A stretch of 64,000 nucleotides of DNA, from the IMG/VR virus record IMGVR_UViG_3300033074_002003. The stretch is one strand, 5' to 3'. Position 1 is the stretch's first letter. Each line of letters opens with the position of its first letter. The position numbers and the translations under genes are program-made. The notes beneath the pieces are model-generated. The model was not told the DNA's origin. It was given only the letters and a program-made list of their open reading frames with translations, and did no database searches. The stretch comes from a virus. Shown one piece after another: positions 37,914 through 45,618 of the stretch.

Positions 37914-38212
37914 CGCCATATTTGGTGCTTCTTCGTGAAGCGTGATTCCAAAATATAATGCAGCGGGAGGACCCTAGCACTGCGCAGGATGCAGTAGACC
38001 GGCACGTACCCTAGCGCACAGAATATAGTGAGGTCGCCGATGACCACACACACCGCTTCGTCACTGATCACAAGGTCACCCACCCTGAAATACTTCTGTG
38101 AACATCTCACCGAATGAGCCTCTCGTGCGCGCCCACAGTCCCCTTCACCTCGACGTCTCGAGTCACCCGTCATGAGAAGAGATCCGATTTCCGAGGACAA
38201 AATTTCGCTCAT
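37910..38212 (-). CDS. array-family small protein
   Basis: YFRVGDLVISDEAVCVVIG...HQIWR; ATG 4 nt after upstream stop. Confidence 0.5.
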   Translation of the reverse strand: MSEILSSEIGSLLMTGDSRRRGEGDCGRAREAHSVRCSQKYFRVGDLVISDEAVCVVIGDLTIFCALGYVPVYCILRSARVLPLHYILESRFTKKHQIWR

Positions 38213-38216
38213 CGGA

Positions 38217-38468
38217 TCACCTCCACACCCGGTCACCATCCACGAGCGTCTCATACGTGGTCGTTCTCGCCCAACGTGGGAGGTCCGCGCCGCCCGTGCG
38301 TTCGCAGAATCCCGTCGCGAGGCACAGCTCTAGGGGAATTTCTCTCCCACCCGTATCGTACGGGTCCCACTTCGTCTTAAAGTGACCCAAAATCACGTAG
38401 ACGTACGTTCGAGACACGAGGAGATCGCCGATCCGGAGACGGGTTCCTGTCTCGCGAATCTCGCTCAT
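38217..38468 (-). CDS. array-family small protein
   Basis: LRIGDLLVSRTYVYVILG...DRVWR. Confidence 0.55.
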   Translation of the reverse strand: MSEIRETGTRLRIGDLLVSRTYVYVILGHFKTKWDPYDTGGREIPLELCLATGFCERTGGADLPRWARTTTYETLVDGDRVWR

Positions 38469-38677
38469 CGGATCACGTATTCCTCTCCCATGACTCGGGA
38501 TGAGATGCTAAAGGTCAACCACAGCCAGCTTCCGTCACCGCGAGTGTAGAATCCAACCATCTCCGCGTTACCTCTTTCTGGATCCACACCGCACGTGATT
38601 AGAGTGCAGTTACGCCCAGCGAGGAGGTCTCCTACGCGTAAGTGCTGTGCGTTGTACTGATGTGTATCGGCGCTCAT
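38465..38677 (-). CDS. array-family small protein
   Basis: LRVGDLLAGRNCTLITCG...EYVIR. Confidence 0.55.
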   Translation of the reverse strand: MSADTHQYNAQHLRVGDLLAGRNCTLITCGVDPERGNAEMVGFYTRGDGSWLWLTFSISSRVMGEEYVIR

Positions 38678-38895
38678 CGCACGAAATCCTCTCCGCGACA
38701 GAGATAGTTTCCGATCTCTACTTTCCCGTAGTCTCGACTGTACCACCAACCGTAACAGACATTGAGGATCGTGTCGTTAGTGATCCCGCCCGTACCGCGC
38801 CGACCCGGTCGCACGACAACGCAAAGCGAGTCGGTGCGAATTATCAGGTCGCCCACACGATATTTCTCTACCCAGCGTCCCGAGGCGTCGCTCAC
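38674..38895 (-). CDS. array-family small protein (GTG start)
   Basis: YRVGDLIIRTDSLCVVV...EDFVR. Confidence 0.5.
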   Translation of the reverse strand: MSDASGRWVEKYRVGDLIIRTDSLCVVVRPGRRGTGGITNDTILNVCYGWWYSRDYGKVEIGNYLCRGEDFVR

Positions 38896-39107
38896 CTGAT
38901 CACCAAGTCTGGCCGCGCAAGCGCCTCTGCCCAGGTTGTCGTCTCCCACTCAACGTGTCTGTCGTTCCACCGATAGAATCCCGTTGTCATCACGACGGGC
39001 ACTTCATTTTCTTTTCCCTCGTCGCGTTCTGTGATCACGTAAATGTAGCGGAATGAGACGAGAAGGTCGCCGACGCGAAACTTACCAATAGTACCAGCAG
39101 TGCTCAC
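38892..39107 (-). CDS. array-family small protein (GTG start)
   Basis: FRVGDLLVSFRYIYVI...DLVIR. Confidence 0.5.
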   Translation of the reverse strand: MSTAGTIGKFRVGDLLVSFRYIYVITERDEGKENEVPVVMTTGFYRWNDRHVEWETTTWAEALARPDLVIR

Positions 39108-39292
39108 GAGATCACCTTCCAATCCTCCGAACGGTGCGCGGGCAATCTGATTCCCAACCAGCGACAATTATTGCTAACGTAGTTGAATCCCACCACAGAA
39201 CAGTAGGCATCGAAGGGCTCGTGTTCAACAACGACGTAGGTCGAAAGCCTGGTCACGACGAGGTCTCCGATCTGGAGTGTCATCGAGTTCAT
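39104..39292 (-). CDS. array-family small protein
   Basis: LQIGDLVVTRLSTYVVV...WKVIS. Confidence 0.6.
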   Translation of the reverse strand: MNSMTLQIGDLVVTRLSTYVVVEHEPFDAYCSVVGFNYVSNNCRWLGIRLPAHRSEDWKVIS

Positions 39293-39483
39293 CTCACCCT
39301 CTTCACGCCCGCGCGGGGAAAATCCAGCGAGGAAACCCAGTCTTCGCGCGGTACTCTAGTCCATCCCGGTGTTGTCCTGATCGCGGGCCAAATGCCATCA
39401 ACGTCGCGACCAACGATCACATAGAGGTCAAACCTGAATATGATCAGGTCTCCGACTCGCAGGCGTCGCTCCGCTTCACTCAT
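39289..39483 (-). CDS. array-family small protein
   Basis: LRVGDLIIFRFDLYVIVG...VKRVR. Confidence 0.6.
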   Translation of the reverse strand: MSEAERRLRVGDLIIFRFDLYVIVGRDVDGIWPAIRTTPGWTRVPREDWVSSLDFPRAGVKRVR

Positions 39484-39671
39484 CTTACCACCCGCGCGCT
39501 CGCATCACGGATGTCGAAGGCGCCCACGTCGAGGCCCACCCACTCGCACGAACCGCTCCTGCGATAGTAAAATCCCTTCGCTGTCCATATTCCCTTCTTC
39601 TCGCTGACGATCACGTAGAGAACGAGCGGAGTCACCACGAGGTCACCGATCCTGTAGCTGAAGCCGTTCAC
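39480..39671 (-). CDS. array-family small protein
   Basis: YRIGDLVVTPLVLYVIV...ARVVR. Confidence 0.6.
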   Translation of the reverse strand: MNGFSYRIGDLVVTPLVLYVIVSEKKGIWTAKGFYYRRSGSCEWVGLDVGAFDIRDASARVVR

Positions 39672-39871
39672 GAGATCGCCCTTCTTGCATCTGTCGCCCG
39701 CGCGCCGAGCCGAGTGCGGACCCAGTCCCAGCTCCCTCTCCAGTAGAATGACCCGACCACCGTGCAGAAGTCGTCACCGGGTCTGTGCTCGATTACAACG
39801 TAGGTTCCAGACTTCGATATGAGCAGGTCGCCGAATTTCACTTCGCGACCTGTGGACAAAATCTCGCTCAC
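39668..39871 (-). CDS. array-family small protein (GTG start)
   Basis: VKFGDLLISKSGTYVVI...RRAIS. Confidence 0.5.
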   Translation of the reverse strand: MSEILSTGREVKFGDLLISKSGTYVVIEHRPGDDFCTVVGSFYWRGSWDWVRTRLGARATDARRAIS

Positions 39872-40077
39872 CTGAACACTTTCCTTTCGCGCCGCGGCGC
39901 AGTGTGGTACCCATTGATCCACTCCCACCCGCTGCGAGTTGTGTAAAGCCCGATCGCCGTTCCGCAATCCGCGCGATAGTCTTCGCACCACTCACAGAAA
40001 ATCGCCGTCTCGTATTTAGAGACGATCAGGTCTCCGACGCGGAACGTAAATCCGGGTGACAATTTCTCTGCGCTCAT
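39868..40077 (-). CDS. array-family small protein (KLSP N-term)
   Basis: MSAEKLSPGFTFRVGDLIVSKYETAIF...RKVFR. Confidence 0.55.
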   Translation of the reverse strand: MSAEKLSPGFTFRVGDLIVSKYETAIFCEWCEDYRADCGTAIGLYTTRSGWEWINGYHTAPRRERKVFR

Positions 40078-40286
40078 CGGATCACCCGATCTGTTCTCAG
40101 CTGCTCCCTCGCGACATCGAGCATCCTGAATATCCAACTTCCGTACCTCGTCGAATACGCGAATCCTACTCCGCGTAAGCACCACGGATTTTCCTCTGAC
40201 TTTCCCACGATCACCCACGTTCCGACGTGGGTGATGAGGAGGTCACCCACCCTGAACCGCGCGGGGGACAAATTCTCATCGCTCAC
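40074..40286 (-). CDS. array-family small protein (ENLSP N-term; GTG start)
   Basis: VSDENLSPARFRVGDLLITHVGTWVIVG...DRVIR. Confidence 0.5.
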   Translation of the reverse strand: MSDENLSPARFRVGDLLITHVGTWVIVGKSEENPWCLRGVGFAYSTRYGSWIFRMLDVAREQLRTDRVIR

Positions 40287-40519
40287 GAGATCACTCTCGT
40301 CTCCGGACCCAGCCACCGCCAGACGGATATCACATCGTGGTTGTTCCACAACGATCTCCCCGTGCTCACGTTCCAGAAGAGCCCGGTCCCAAACCATTTA
40401 TTCTCGAGATCGGGTGTGGCGTCAGGATTAGCCAAGCGACCCACGATCACGTAAAGGAAAGAACTGTAGCTTGAACTGTAGACGATGAGGTCGCCCACTC
40501 GAAGTTCGACAGCGCTCAT
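40283..40519 (-). CDS. array-family small protein
   Basis: MSAVELRVGDLIVYSSSYSSFLYVIVG...TRVIS. Confidence 0.55.
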   Translation of the reverse strand: MSAVELRVGDLIVYSSSYSSFLYVIVGRLANPDATPDLENKWFGTGLFWNVSTGRSLWNNHDVISVWRWLGPETRVIS

Positions 40520-40746
40520 CTCACCACCCGTTCCCTCACGTACGTCGACGTGTGTACTCGAGTGCTCTCCCAGCACACGTCCTTAGCATTCCAGAAATAG
40601 AATCCCGTCGCGTCCCAGTACGATCGCGAAGTATCGGAGCTCCGACCCACGATCACATGGATACAGTATTTTCGCACGAGCAGGTCGCCGATTTTGAAGT
40701 TGTATGCATCCTCGTGGAGGATGGCGGGTGACAAATTCTCTCTCAT
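40516..40746 (-). CDS. array-family small protein (ENLSP N-term)
   Basis: MRENLSPAILHEDAYNFKIGDLLVRKY...ERVVR. Confidence 0.55.
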   Translation of the reverse strand: MRENLSPAILHEDAYNFKIGDLLVRKYCIHVIVGRSSDTSRSYWDATGFYFWNAKDVCWESTRVHTSTYVRERVVR

Positions 40747-40937
40747 CTGTAAATCTCGTGGTTCCACCCCGCCCACGTGTGAGCTGATGGCGCCCACACC
40801 GTGGGAGACGAAATTACAGGCGAACAGTAGACGAACCCAGAACACTCTGGCCACTCGTTCTCTCTTAACCCCACGATCACGTAGACGTAATCACGAGAGA
40901 CAAGGAGATCGCCGAGGCGAACGATCGGTTCGCTCAC
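40743..40937 (-). CDS. array-family small protein
   Basis: IVRLGDLLVSRDYVYVIVG...HEIYR. Confidence 0.6.
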   Translation of the reverse strand: MSEPIVRLGDLLVSRDYVYVIVGLRENEWPECSGFVYCSPVISSPTVWAPSAHTWAGWNHEIYR

Positions 40938-41134
40938 CTCACGACCCTCCCGCTAGCGTACTCACGGTACCATCCCGGAAAGTCCGAGAACCACCACCAC
41001 ACGTCGTTAGCCCAGTAGAACCCACTCATGTAGACATTCCCTTCGTGGGGCTCTTTGCTGTGCGGTCCGATCACGACCGCGGTCTCCTCGCCCATCACCA
41101 CGAGGTCCCCGACGCGGAATCTGCTCTCGCTCAC
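40934..41134 (-). CDS. array-family small protein (Trp-rich C-term GFYWANDVWWW; GTG start)
   Basis: FRVGDLVVMGEETAVVIG...GRVVR. Confidence 0.5.
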   Translation of the reverse strand: MSESRFRVGDLVVMGEETAVVIGPHSKEPHEGNVYMSGFYWANDVWWWFSDFPGWYREYASGRVVR

Positions 41135-41334
41135 GAGATCACCTCGTGGTCCCACGATGAGTGAACAACATTGTTTTCAAGCAGCGCACACCCGCCGCCC
41201 TTCACATAGACGATCCCAAATCCAACCGGCCACTCTCCCTCCTGTTTCACGATCACGTAGACATAGCTCTCCGAGATCGCGAGGTCTCCCAACCTGAGGC
41301 GACCGCGAGCCGCGCCCGAATCGGTGTCTCTCAC
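41131..41334 (-). CDS. array-family small protein (GTG start)
   Basis: LRLGDLAISESYVYVIV...HEVIS. Confidence 0.5.
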   Translation of the reverse strand: MRDTDSGAARGRLRLGDLAISESYVYVIVKQEGEWPVGFGIVYVKGGGCALLENNVVHSSWDHEVIS

Positions 41335-41543
41335 GAGATCACCCTCACGATCGCCGGACTGCTGGAGTGAATGCTCTTGTCGACCATCGACCGCGCGCTG
41401 CTCGGGTACCAGAAGCTGAACCCGCGAACGCGGCGTCGCGATTCGTCCGACCACGCGACGACAACATACAACCCGTACTCGCTGATGACTAGGTCACCGA
41501 TCCGGAGGCCGAACCGCCGGGGTGACAAATTCTCATCGCTCAT
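41331..41543 (-). CDS. array-family small protein (ENLSP N-term)
   Basis: MSDENLSPRRFGLRIGDLVISEYGLYVVV...VRVIS. Confidence 0.6.
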   Translation of the reverse strand: MSDENLSPRRFGLRIGDLVISEYGLYVVVAWSDESRRRVRGFSFWYPSSARSMVDKSIHSSSPAIVRVIS

Positions 41544-41740
41544 CGCACGACCCTTCCGCTAGCGATCTCTAGGTCCCACACCGAGTGGCTCGCGTACCAC
41601 CACCACTCGCCGTTAGCCCAGTAGAACCCGCTTATCGAGACACACTCTGCCTCCAGTTCTTCGCCCGAGATTCTGGTCACAACTGCGATCTCGTCGTGCA
41701 GGGCCACGAGGTCGCCCAGGCGGAACCTATTCTCGTTCAC
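41540..41740 (-). CDS. array-family small protein (Trp-rich C-term GFYWANGEWWW, near-duplicate of 40934..41134; GTG start)
   Basis: FRLGDLVALHDEIAVV...GRVVR. Confidence 0.5.
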   Translation of the reverse strand: MNENRFRLGDLVALHDEIAVVTRISGEELEAECVSISGFYWANGEWWWYASHSVWDLEIASGRVVR

Positions 41741-41961
41741 CGGATCACCCGCCTGTCCGTATACTGCAGGTCGTATGTCATCCAGTCGATGTTCACCCAC
41801 GCGCGCTCGCCCCTCAGATAATAGAGCCCGGCCGCCGGCCACACCCTCCGTACTCTGTGGCCGGTGATCACGTAGAGGTAGCGGTTCGTCACGATGAGGT
41901 CTCCCATCCTGTAGCTGAAATCGTCCGCGCAATGTGCGGGTGACAAATTCTCATCGCTCAC
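41737..41961 (-). CDS. array-family small protein (ENLSP N-term)
   Basis: MSDENLSPAHCADDFSYRMGDLIVTNRYLYVI...RRVIR. Confidence 0.6.
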   Translation of the reverse strand: MSDENLSPAHCADDFSYRMGDLIVTNRYLYVITGHRVRRVWPAAGLYYLRGERAWVNIDWMTYDLQYTDRRVIR

Positions 41962-42173
41962 GAGATCACCCTCACGATCGCCGAACTCCCTGGGTGGATG
42001 GCGTGTGTGGTCACCCGCTTCGCTCTGCTGGGTATCACGCCGTTACCGAAGAAGATCCCCAACCCAATAGCGTGTTCGTTCTCTTCCCCGAAAATCACGA
42101 CGTACGACCCGCGTCTCGTGATCACGAGATCACCGACACAGAGGCGACGAGCGGGTGACAAATTCTCTCTCAT
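41958..42173 (-). CDS. array-family small protein (ENLSP N-term)
   Basis: MRENLSPARRLCVGDLVITRRGSYVVI...VRVIS. Confidence 0.6.
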   Translation of the reverse strand: MRENLSPARRLCVGDLVITRRGSYVVIFGEENEHAIGLGIFFGNGVIPSRAKRVTTHAIHPGSSAIVRVIS

Positions 42174-42367
42174 CTCACGATCCTATGGTTCCAGTCGGCG
42201 CGCACCCAACTAACGGTCAGCCAGACAGGAAGCCCGCCCTCTTCTCCCCAGACGAACCCGCAGCATATGGCATGGGTGCTCTCGCCCCACACATCTCCCA
42301 CAACAACGTAGAGGTAACCCATCGAGACGATCAGGTCGCCCACACATATATGACGCTTCTCGCTCAC
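42170..42367 (-). CDS. array-family small protein (GTG start verified as GTGA overlap)
   Basis: VSEKRHICVGDLIVSMGYLYVVVG...HRIVR. Confidence 0.5.
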   Translation of the reverse strand: MSEKRHICVGDLIVSMGYLYVVVGDVWGESTHAICCGFVWGEEGGLPVWLTVSWVRADWNHRIVR

Positions 42368-42600
42368 GAGATCACCCGATCTTCGGGATACAGGTTCTTC
42401 TGGTCGAGCACCGCCCGGGCGAACTCCCAGCGACCCGTGTGGAGGACCCACATGAATCCCATCGCACCGTTGCACGTGAGATTCCACTCGGAGTATCCTA
42501 GGAACACCCACGTCCCGCGCACTGTGACGATCAGGTCGCCGACCCGCAGCGTAGAATTCCGCACTGGGACTCTGCACAATTCGGCCGTCCCGTCACTCAC
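42364..42600 (-). CDS. array-family small protein (GTG start)
   Basis: LRVGDLIVTVRGTWVFLG...DRVIS. Confidence 0.5.
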   Translation of the reverse strand: MSDGTAELCRVPVRNSTLRVGDLIVTVRGTWVFLGYSEWNLTCNGAMGFMWVLHTGRWEFARAVLDQKNLYPEDRVIS

Positions 42601-42863
42601 GCCCACCGGAATACCCTGCTTCCCCGACACGCATCAAGCCCGAGAATGTGAAATGACGTCCACTTCCAACACCCGTACCAGAGGTAGAACCCGCGCCCGA
42701 GTCCCGTATCGGTCACAACCAGGATCTCACACTCGTTGACGAGGAGGTCGCCGACACGGACACCGGTCTCGCCCGCGAGAATTGTCCCACGTGCACCGAA
42801 TAATTCGGCCTCCGCGCTCTCGTGAGGGGGTTGGGGATACTTGTCCATGGCTTGCAGACTCAC
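42597..42863 (-). CDS. array-family small protein, first gene downstream of the regulatory gap (ends RVFRWA)
   Basis: VRVGDLLVNECEILVV; GTG or internal ATG start. Confidence 0.45.
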   Translation of the reverse strand: MSLQAMDKYPQPPHESAEAELFGARGTILAGETGVRVGDLLVNECEILVVTDTGLGRGFYLWYGCWKWTSFHILGLDACRGSRVFRWA

Positions 42864-42870
42864 GAGAGTG

Positions 42871-42925
42871 GAATTGGGTGAGGGAATTTGAGCGAGGGTG
42901 ACGGGAGGGGGAATTGAGGGTGGGT
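42871..42925 (-). repeat. three tandem about 14-bp G-rich direct repeats (GGGAATT(T)GAG...GG) immediately upstream of 42597..42863
   Basis: ggaattgggtgagg / ggaatttgagcgagg / ggaattgagggtggg. Confidence 0.45.
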
Positions 42926-43032
42926 CGCATTTGCCACTCTATCACACACTGCAAGGAGTTGCACAGTCCCCTCTGTGCGAGAGAAACATCAGCGCTCCTG
43001 ATTCTGCACCCAAGAAAACTCACGGTGGCCTC

Positions 43033-43060
43033 CGAAAAATACCCGATCTCGGGTTTTTCG
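43033..43060. terminator. bidirectional intrinsic terminator-like hairpin (AAAAAT-ACCCGATCTCGGGT-TTTTT)
   Basis: GC stem CCCGA/TCGGG flanked by A-run and T-run; lies in 640-bp non-coding gap downstream of 43505..43702. Confidence 0.45.
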
Positions 43061-43242
43061 ACACACAGTGGGCCCTCTTTCGTACTCGCAGTCGTGTTTT
43101 TCGGTGCCCAACTCCACTCAGTCGATGTTGACCGCAGATTGTCGCTTGAGTGTGCGCAGTCGATCTCGATTCGACAGAGAAATCTCGGTGGGCGAGGCGC
43201 AACGGGTCGACCCGTTCACTTCCGATTGTCGTGAGTCTGCGC

Positions 43243-43431
43243 CTCAGTTGGGTCTCCCCGAGCAGGGGGGTAGCACCGGTGTCGAGACATGTGTTCTGTC
43301 CCTGCACATCACGAGTGGGAGTGGGCCCGCGGAGAGGGCGGGACGACCCGAGATTTTGCGCCTCGAGGCCCGTGAAATCTGCGGTGTGCACGCCTGCGCT
43401 CACCTTGGGTCTCCCCGAGCAGGGGTAGAAC
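43243..43431. repeat. two copies of a roughly 24-bp direct repeat TTGGGTCTCCCCGAGCAGGGG(G)TAG about 165 bp apart (each contains hairpin CCCC-GAGCA-GGGG)
   Basis: copies at about 43243-43266 and 43408-43431 in non-coding gap. Confidence 0.5.
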
Positions 43432-43504
43432 GCGGGTCGTCGGGAAGCGGGACGCGCCTCAGGAAGTCGAAAGCCACGAGGGTTGTCGATGCGATGGGGA
43501 CGCG

Positions 43505-43702
43505 TCATTGGGCGATCACCTCGAGCATTGTCGTGTGTACCACCAGCAGTCCTTCCAACCGCGGGTCTGAATCGTATACTTTGACGAGGCGGTGCGTGCG
43601 GCCGTCGAAGTGGAACAGGTGATTGTCGATCACGACAGCGAGTGTATGACTGCTCCACGTGAGATCGCACAGGTCACCGATCCTGAACTCGCGAGCGATC
43701 AT
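43505..43702 (-). CDS. array-family small protein (ends LEVIAQ)
   Basis: MIAREFRIGDLCDLTWSSHTLAVVI. Confidence 0.5.
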   Translation of the reverse strand: MIAREFRIGDLCDLTWSSHTLAVVIDNHLFHFDGRTHRLVKVYDSDPRLEGLLVVHTTMLEVIAQ

Positions 43703-43911
43703 CGTCCCACCAGAACCCTAATAAGGAGACCTGACGTGCAGTTGTCAAAGTATGCGGCGTGAGGTCCGGCCCAAAATGCTGTAACAACCGCGCGACTCGA
43801 GAAAAAGTCATCTTTGCTGTGGTGGACGACGACTCCAACCTCGCGCGTAGGTTCGAAATAGATGAGGTCACCGATGTGGCACTCACCAGCTCGGATTCGC
43901 GGGTGACTCAT
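43699..43911 (-). CDS. array-family small protein
   Basis: MSHPRIRAGECHIGDLIYFEPTREVGVVV...; ATGA coupling both sides. Confidence 0.5.
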   Translation of the reverse strand: MSHPRIRAGECHIGDLIYFEPTREVGVVVHHSKDDFFSSRAVVTAFWAGPHAAYFDNCTSGLLIRVLVGR

Positions 43912-44102
43912 CTTCCGCGCAGCTCCACGGGGAGCGTCCACAATCCCGCACCGCGCCTGTCGAACAGGATGCTGTCGAGGTTAACCCAAACACACTCACT
44001 CCGCATGCTGTCTTTTCGAATGACGATACCGAGCATGCTAAAGTACGTGAAGAGGTCTCCCACTCGGAGTTCGTGGATACTCATCGATGTGGGTGCCATC
44101 AC
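43908..44102 (-). CDS. array-family small protein
   Basis: LRVGDLFTYFSMLGIVI. Confidence 0.5.
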   Translation of the reverse strand: MMAPTSMSIHELRVGDLFTYFSMLGIVIRKDSMRSECVWVNLDSILFDRRGAGLWTLPVELRGR

Positions 44103-44323
44103 CTGATCACCCGCGTGATCTCGTCGCTGTAGATCAGTTGTCGGTTGTTCACGTAGTCACCCATCACGAAGTAGCACCCGATCGCTTCGACGGAGTCATA
44201 TGCTGCTGTCACAACAGCGAGCCCGTGGCGCGGCGTCCTCGCGCTCGCCGGCGACTGGGCAGTGATGAAGGTGACGCTAGGGACTGTGCGCGTGAGGATG
44301 AGGTCTCCCACGCGAGGCTTCAC
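44099..44323 (-). CDS. array-family small protein (GTG start)
   Basis: VKPRVGDLILTRTVPSV...TRVIR; GTGA overlap. Confidence 0.5.
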   Translation of the reverse strand: MKPRVGDLILTRTVPSVTFITAQSPASARTPRHGLAVVTAAYDSVEAIGCYFVMGDYVNNRQLIYSDEITRVIR

Positions 44324-44532
44324 GCGATCCTCGCCATCTCGTCGTGTTCGAAGCACAGGTCGGTCTCCCAGCGATGTCGCGGGTGTATCCAGAGAACCGC
44401 ACGGCTCCCGTCACCTTTGAATTCTGATTTGGGTGCGAGGACGATGCCGAGAGCACTGCTGAACACAGCAATGTGCTCCTCGACGATGACGAGATCTCCT
44501 ACTCTCACGTCTTCGGGACGACTGTACCTCAT
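44320..44532 (-). CDS. array-family small protein (ends MARIA)
   Basis: VRVGDLVIVEEHIAVFSSALGIVL. Confidence 0.55.
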   Translation of the reverse strand: MRYSRPEDVRVGDLVIVEEHIAVFSSALGIVLAPKSEFKGDGSRAVLWIHPRHRWETDLCFEHDEMARIA

Positions 44533-44538
44533 GGTCCC

Positions 44539-44868
44539 TCACATGAAGAGGTGAACAACCCACAGACACGCGAGGGTGAAGGCACACCAGCCCAGCCGCC
44601 ATGCCCATTCCAACCCCCAGTCGGCCGCTTGTGCATCCCGCAGTGAGGTTGAGAGGGGCACCATGCGGGTGAGTAGGGCTAGGCCTAGGATGTGGGCGGG
44701 CCTCAGGAAGGGGGCCCCGAGGGGGACGATGAACCACTTCCACAGGACCGTGCACGTCCACCCGTAGGCGAGGCCCTCGAGGGCGAGGGCCATCAGGAAA
44801 ATGGGGACGGCGCGGGCGACAGAACCCTGCCCCGCGCCGTCACTCGGTGTCTCTTCCCCTTCGCTCAT
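44539..44868 (-). CDS. small membrane protein (2-3 TM) embedded in array
   Basis: MSEGEETPSDG then hydrophobic helices; ATGA overlap with upstream gene stop. Confidence 0.4.
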   Translation of the reverse strand: MSEGEETPSDGAGQGSVARAVPIFLMALALEGLAYGWTCTVLWKWFIVPLGAPFLRPAHILGLALLTRMVPLSTSLRDAQAADWGLEWAWRLGWCAFTLACLWVVHLFM

Positions 44869-45167
44869 TCCTCGCGCTCCACCCACCTCGCGGTGTACAC
44901 TGCGTCCTCGAAGATGCACCGGGCTCTGATCACCTGGCCCGATCGCTCGTACGCGTACGCTCCGAGGAGACGGACGTCGTGCCCGGCGTGCAGGGGTCGC
45001 AGGACGGCGTCTCCGCCGATGATCCGGACGACGACGTAGGGCGTCTCTACGTTGAGGATGGGTGCCTCGAAGATGCGACCCTCCTCGTAGACGTCATCGC
45101 ACAGGAGGAGAAGGTCGCCCACCGCGGGCTGCGACTCACTCCGGGGGTGCGGCGCCACGGCGTCCAC
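44865..45167 (-). CDS. array-family protein, first member (GTG start; AVGDLLLLCDDVYEEG; divergent C-term)
   Basis: family motif; upstream AAGGGAAAGGG purine tract; start uncertain. Confidence 0.4.
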   Translation of the reverse strand: MDAVAPHPRSESQPAVGDLLLLCDDVYEEGRIFEAPILNVETPYVVVRIIGGDAVLRPLHAGHDVRLLGAYAYERSGQVIRARCIFEDAVYTARWVEREE

Positions 45168-45444
45168 CCTTTCCCTTCTTGGGAGCGGACTTCGCGTCCT
45201 CGCGAAGGGACGCTTCGAACGCCTTCCCTTTCTTCGCGGCGACCTCTTCGAGCTTGATGCGCGCGCGCTGTCGGGCGGCGCCCACGCCCGCACCGAGCCT
45301 CGAGTCGAGCACCGCGAGCTGCTCCTTGGGAGACAGCTGTGCCCACGCCTCGTTCCTCGCGATCGCCTCCGCGCGCTTCTCTGCGCCGCCCACCGGGTTG
45401 TGGCGTCGCCCTCCGATGCCCGGGTACTTGCGAACTCTCGCCAT
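45136..45444 (-). CDS. hypothetical basic protein
   Basis: strong SD GGAGG 8 nt upstream of ATG MARVRKYPG; Lys/Arg-rich C-term. Confidence 0.5.
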   Translation of the reverse strand: MARVRKYPGIGGRRHNPVGGAEKRAEAIARNEAWAQLSPKEQLAVLDSRLGAGVGAARQRARIKLEEVAAKKGKAFEASLREDAKSAPKKGKGGRRGAAPPE

Positions 45445-45618
45445 ATCTTCGTCCTCCCCACCCAGTGGGTGGTTCACGGGTTGTCACGTCCTCAGGTGGA
45501 CGCGGTGCTCCACGCGGGTTATGAGCCCGCGTTTGTCCTCGGGAGGGGACTTCACACATGTGTGGAGCTGCCCACCCTTTCCGGGTGGGGATTCTCTTGC
45601 TGTCCCGGAGGGGGACGA

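Noticed and set aside
43020-43670. ORFs 43020..43670(-), 43068..43622(+) and 43150..43428(+) in the array gap
   Set aside because: Arg/Gly/Pro-rich junk translations with no start context; the region is better explained by repeats and terminator structure.
26000-45500. Regular about 200-bp periodicity of the 26-45 kb region could suggest a CRISPR array or satellite repeat
   Set aside because: Units are not identical direct repeats with spacers. Each unit is an intact, divergent protein-coding ORF with conserved termini and start/stop overlaps.
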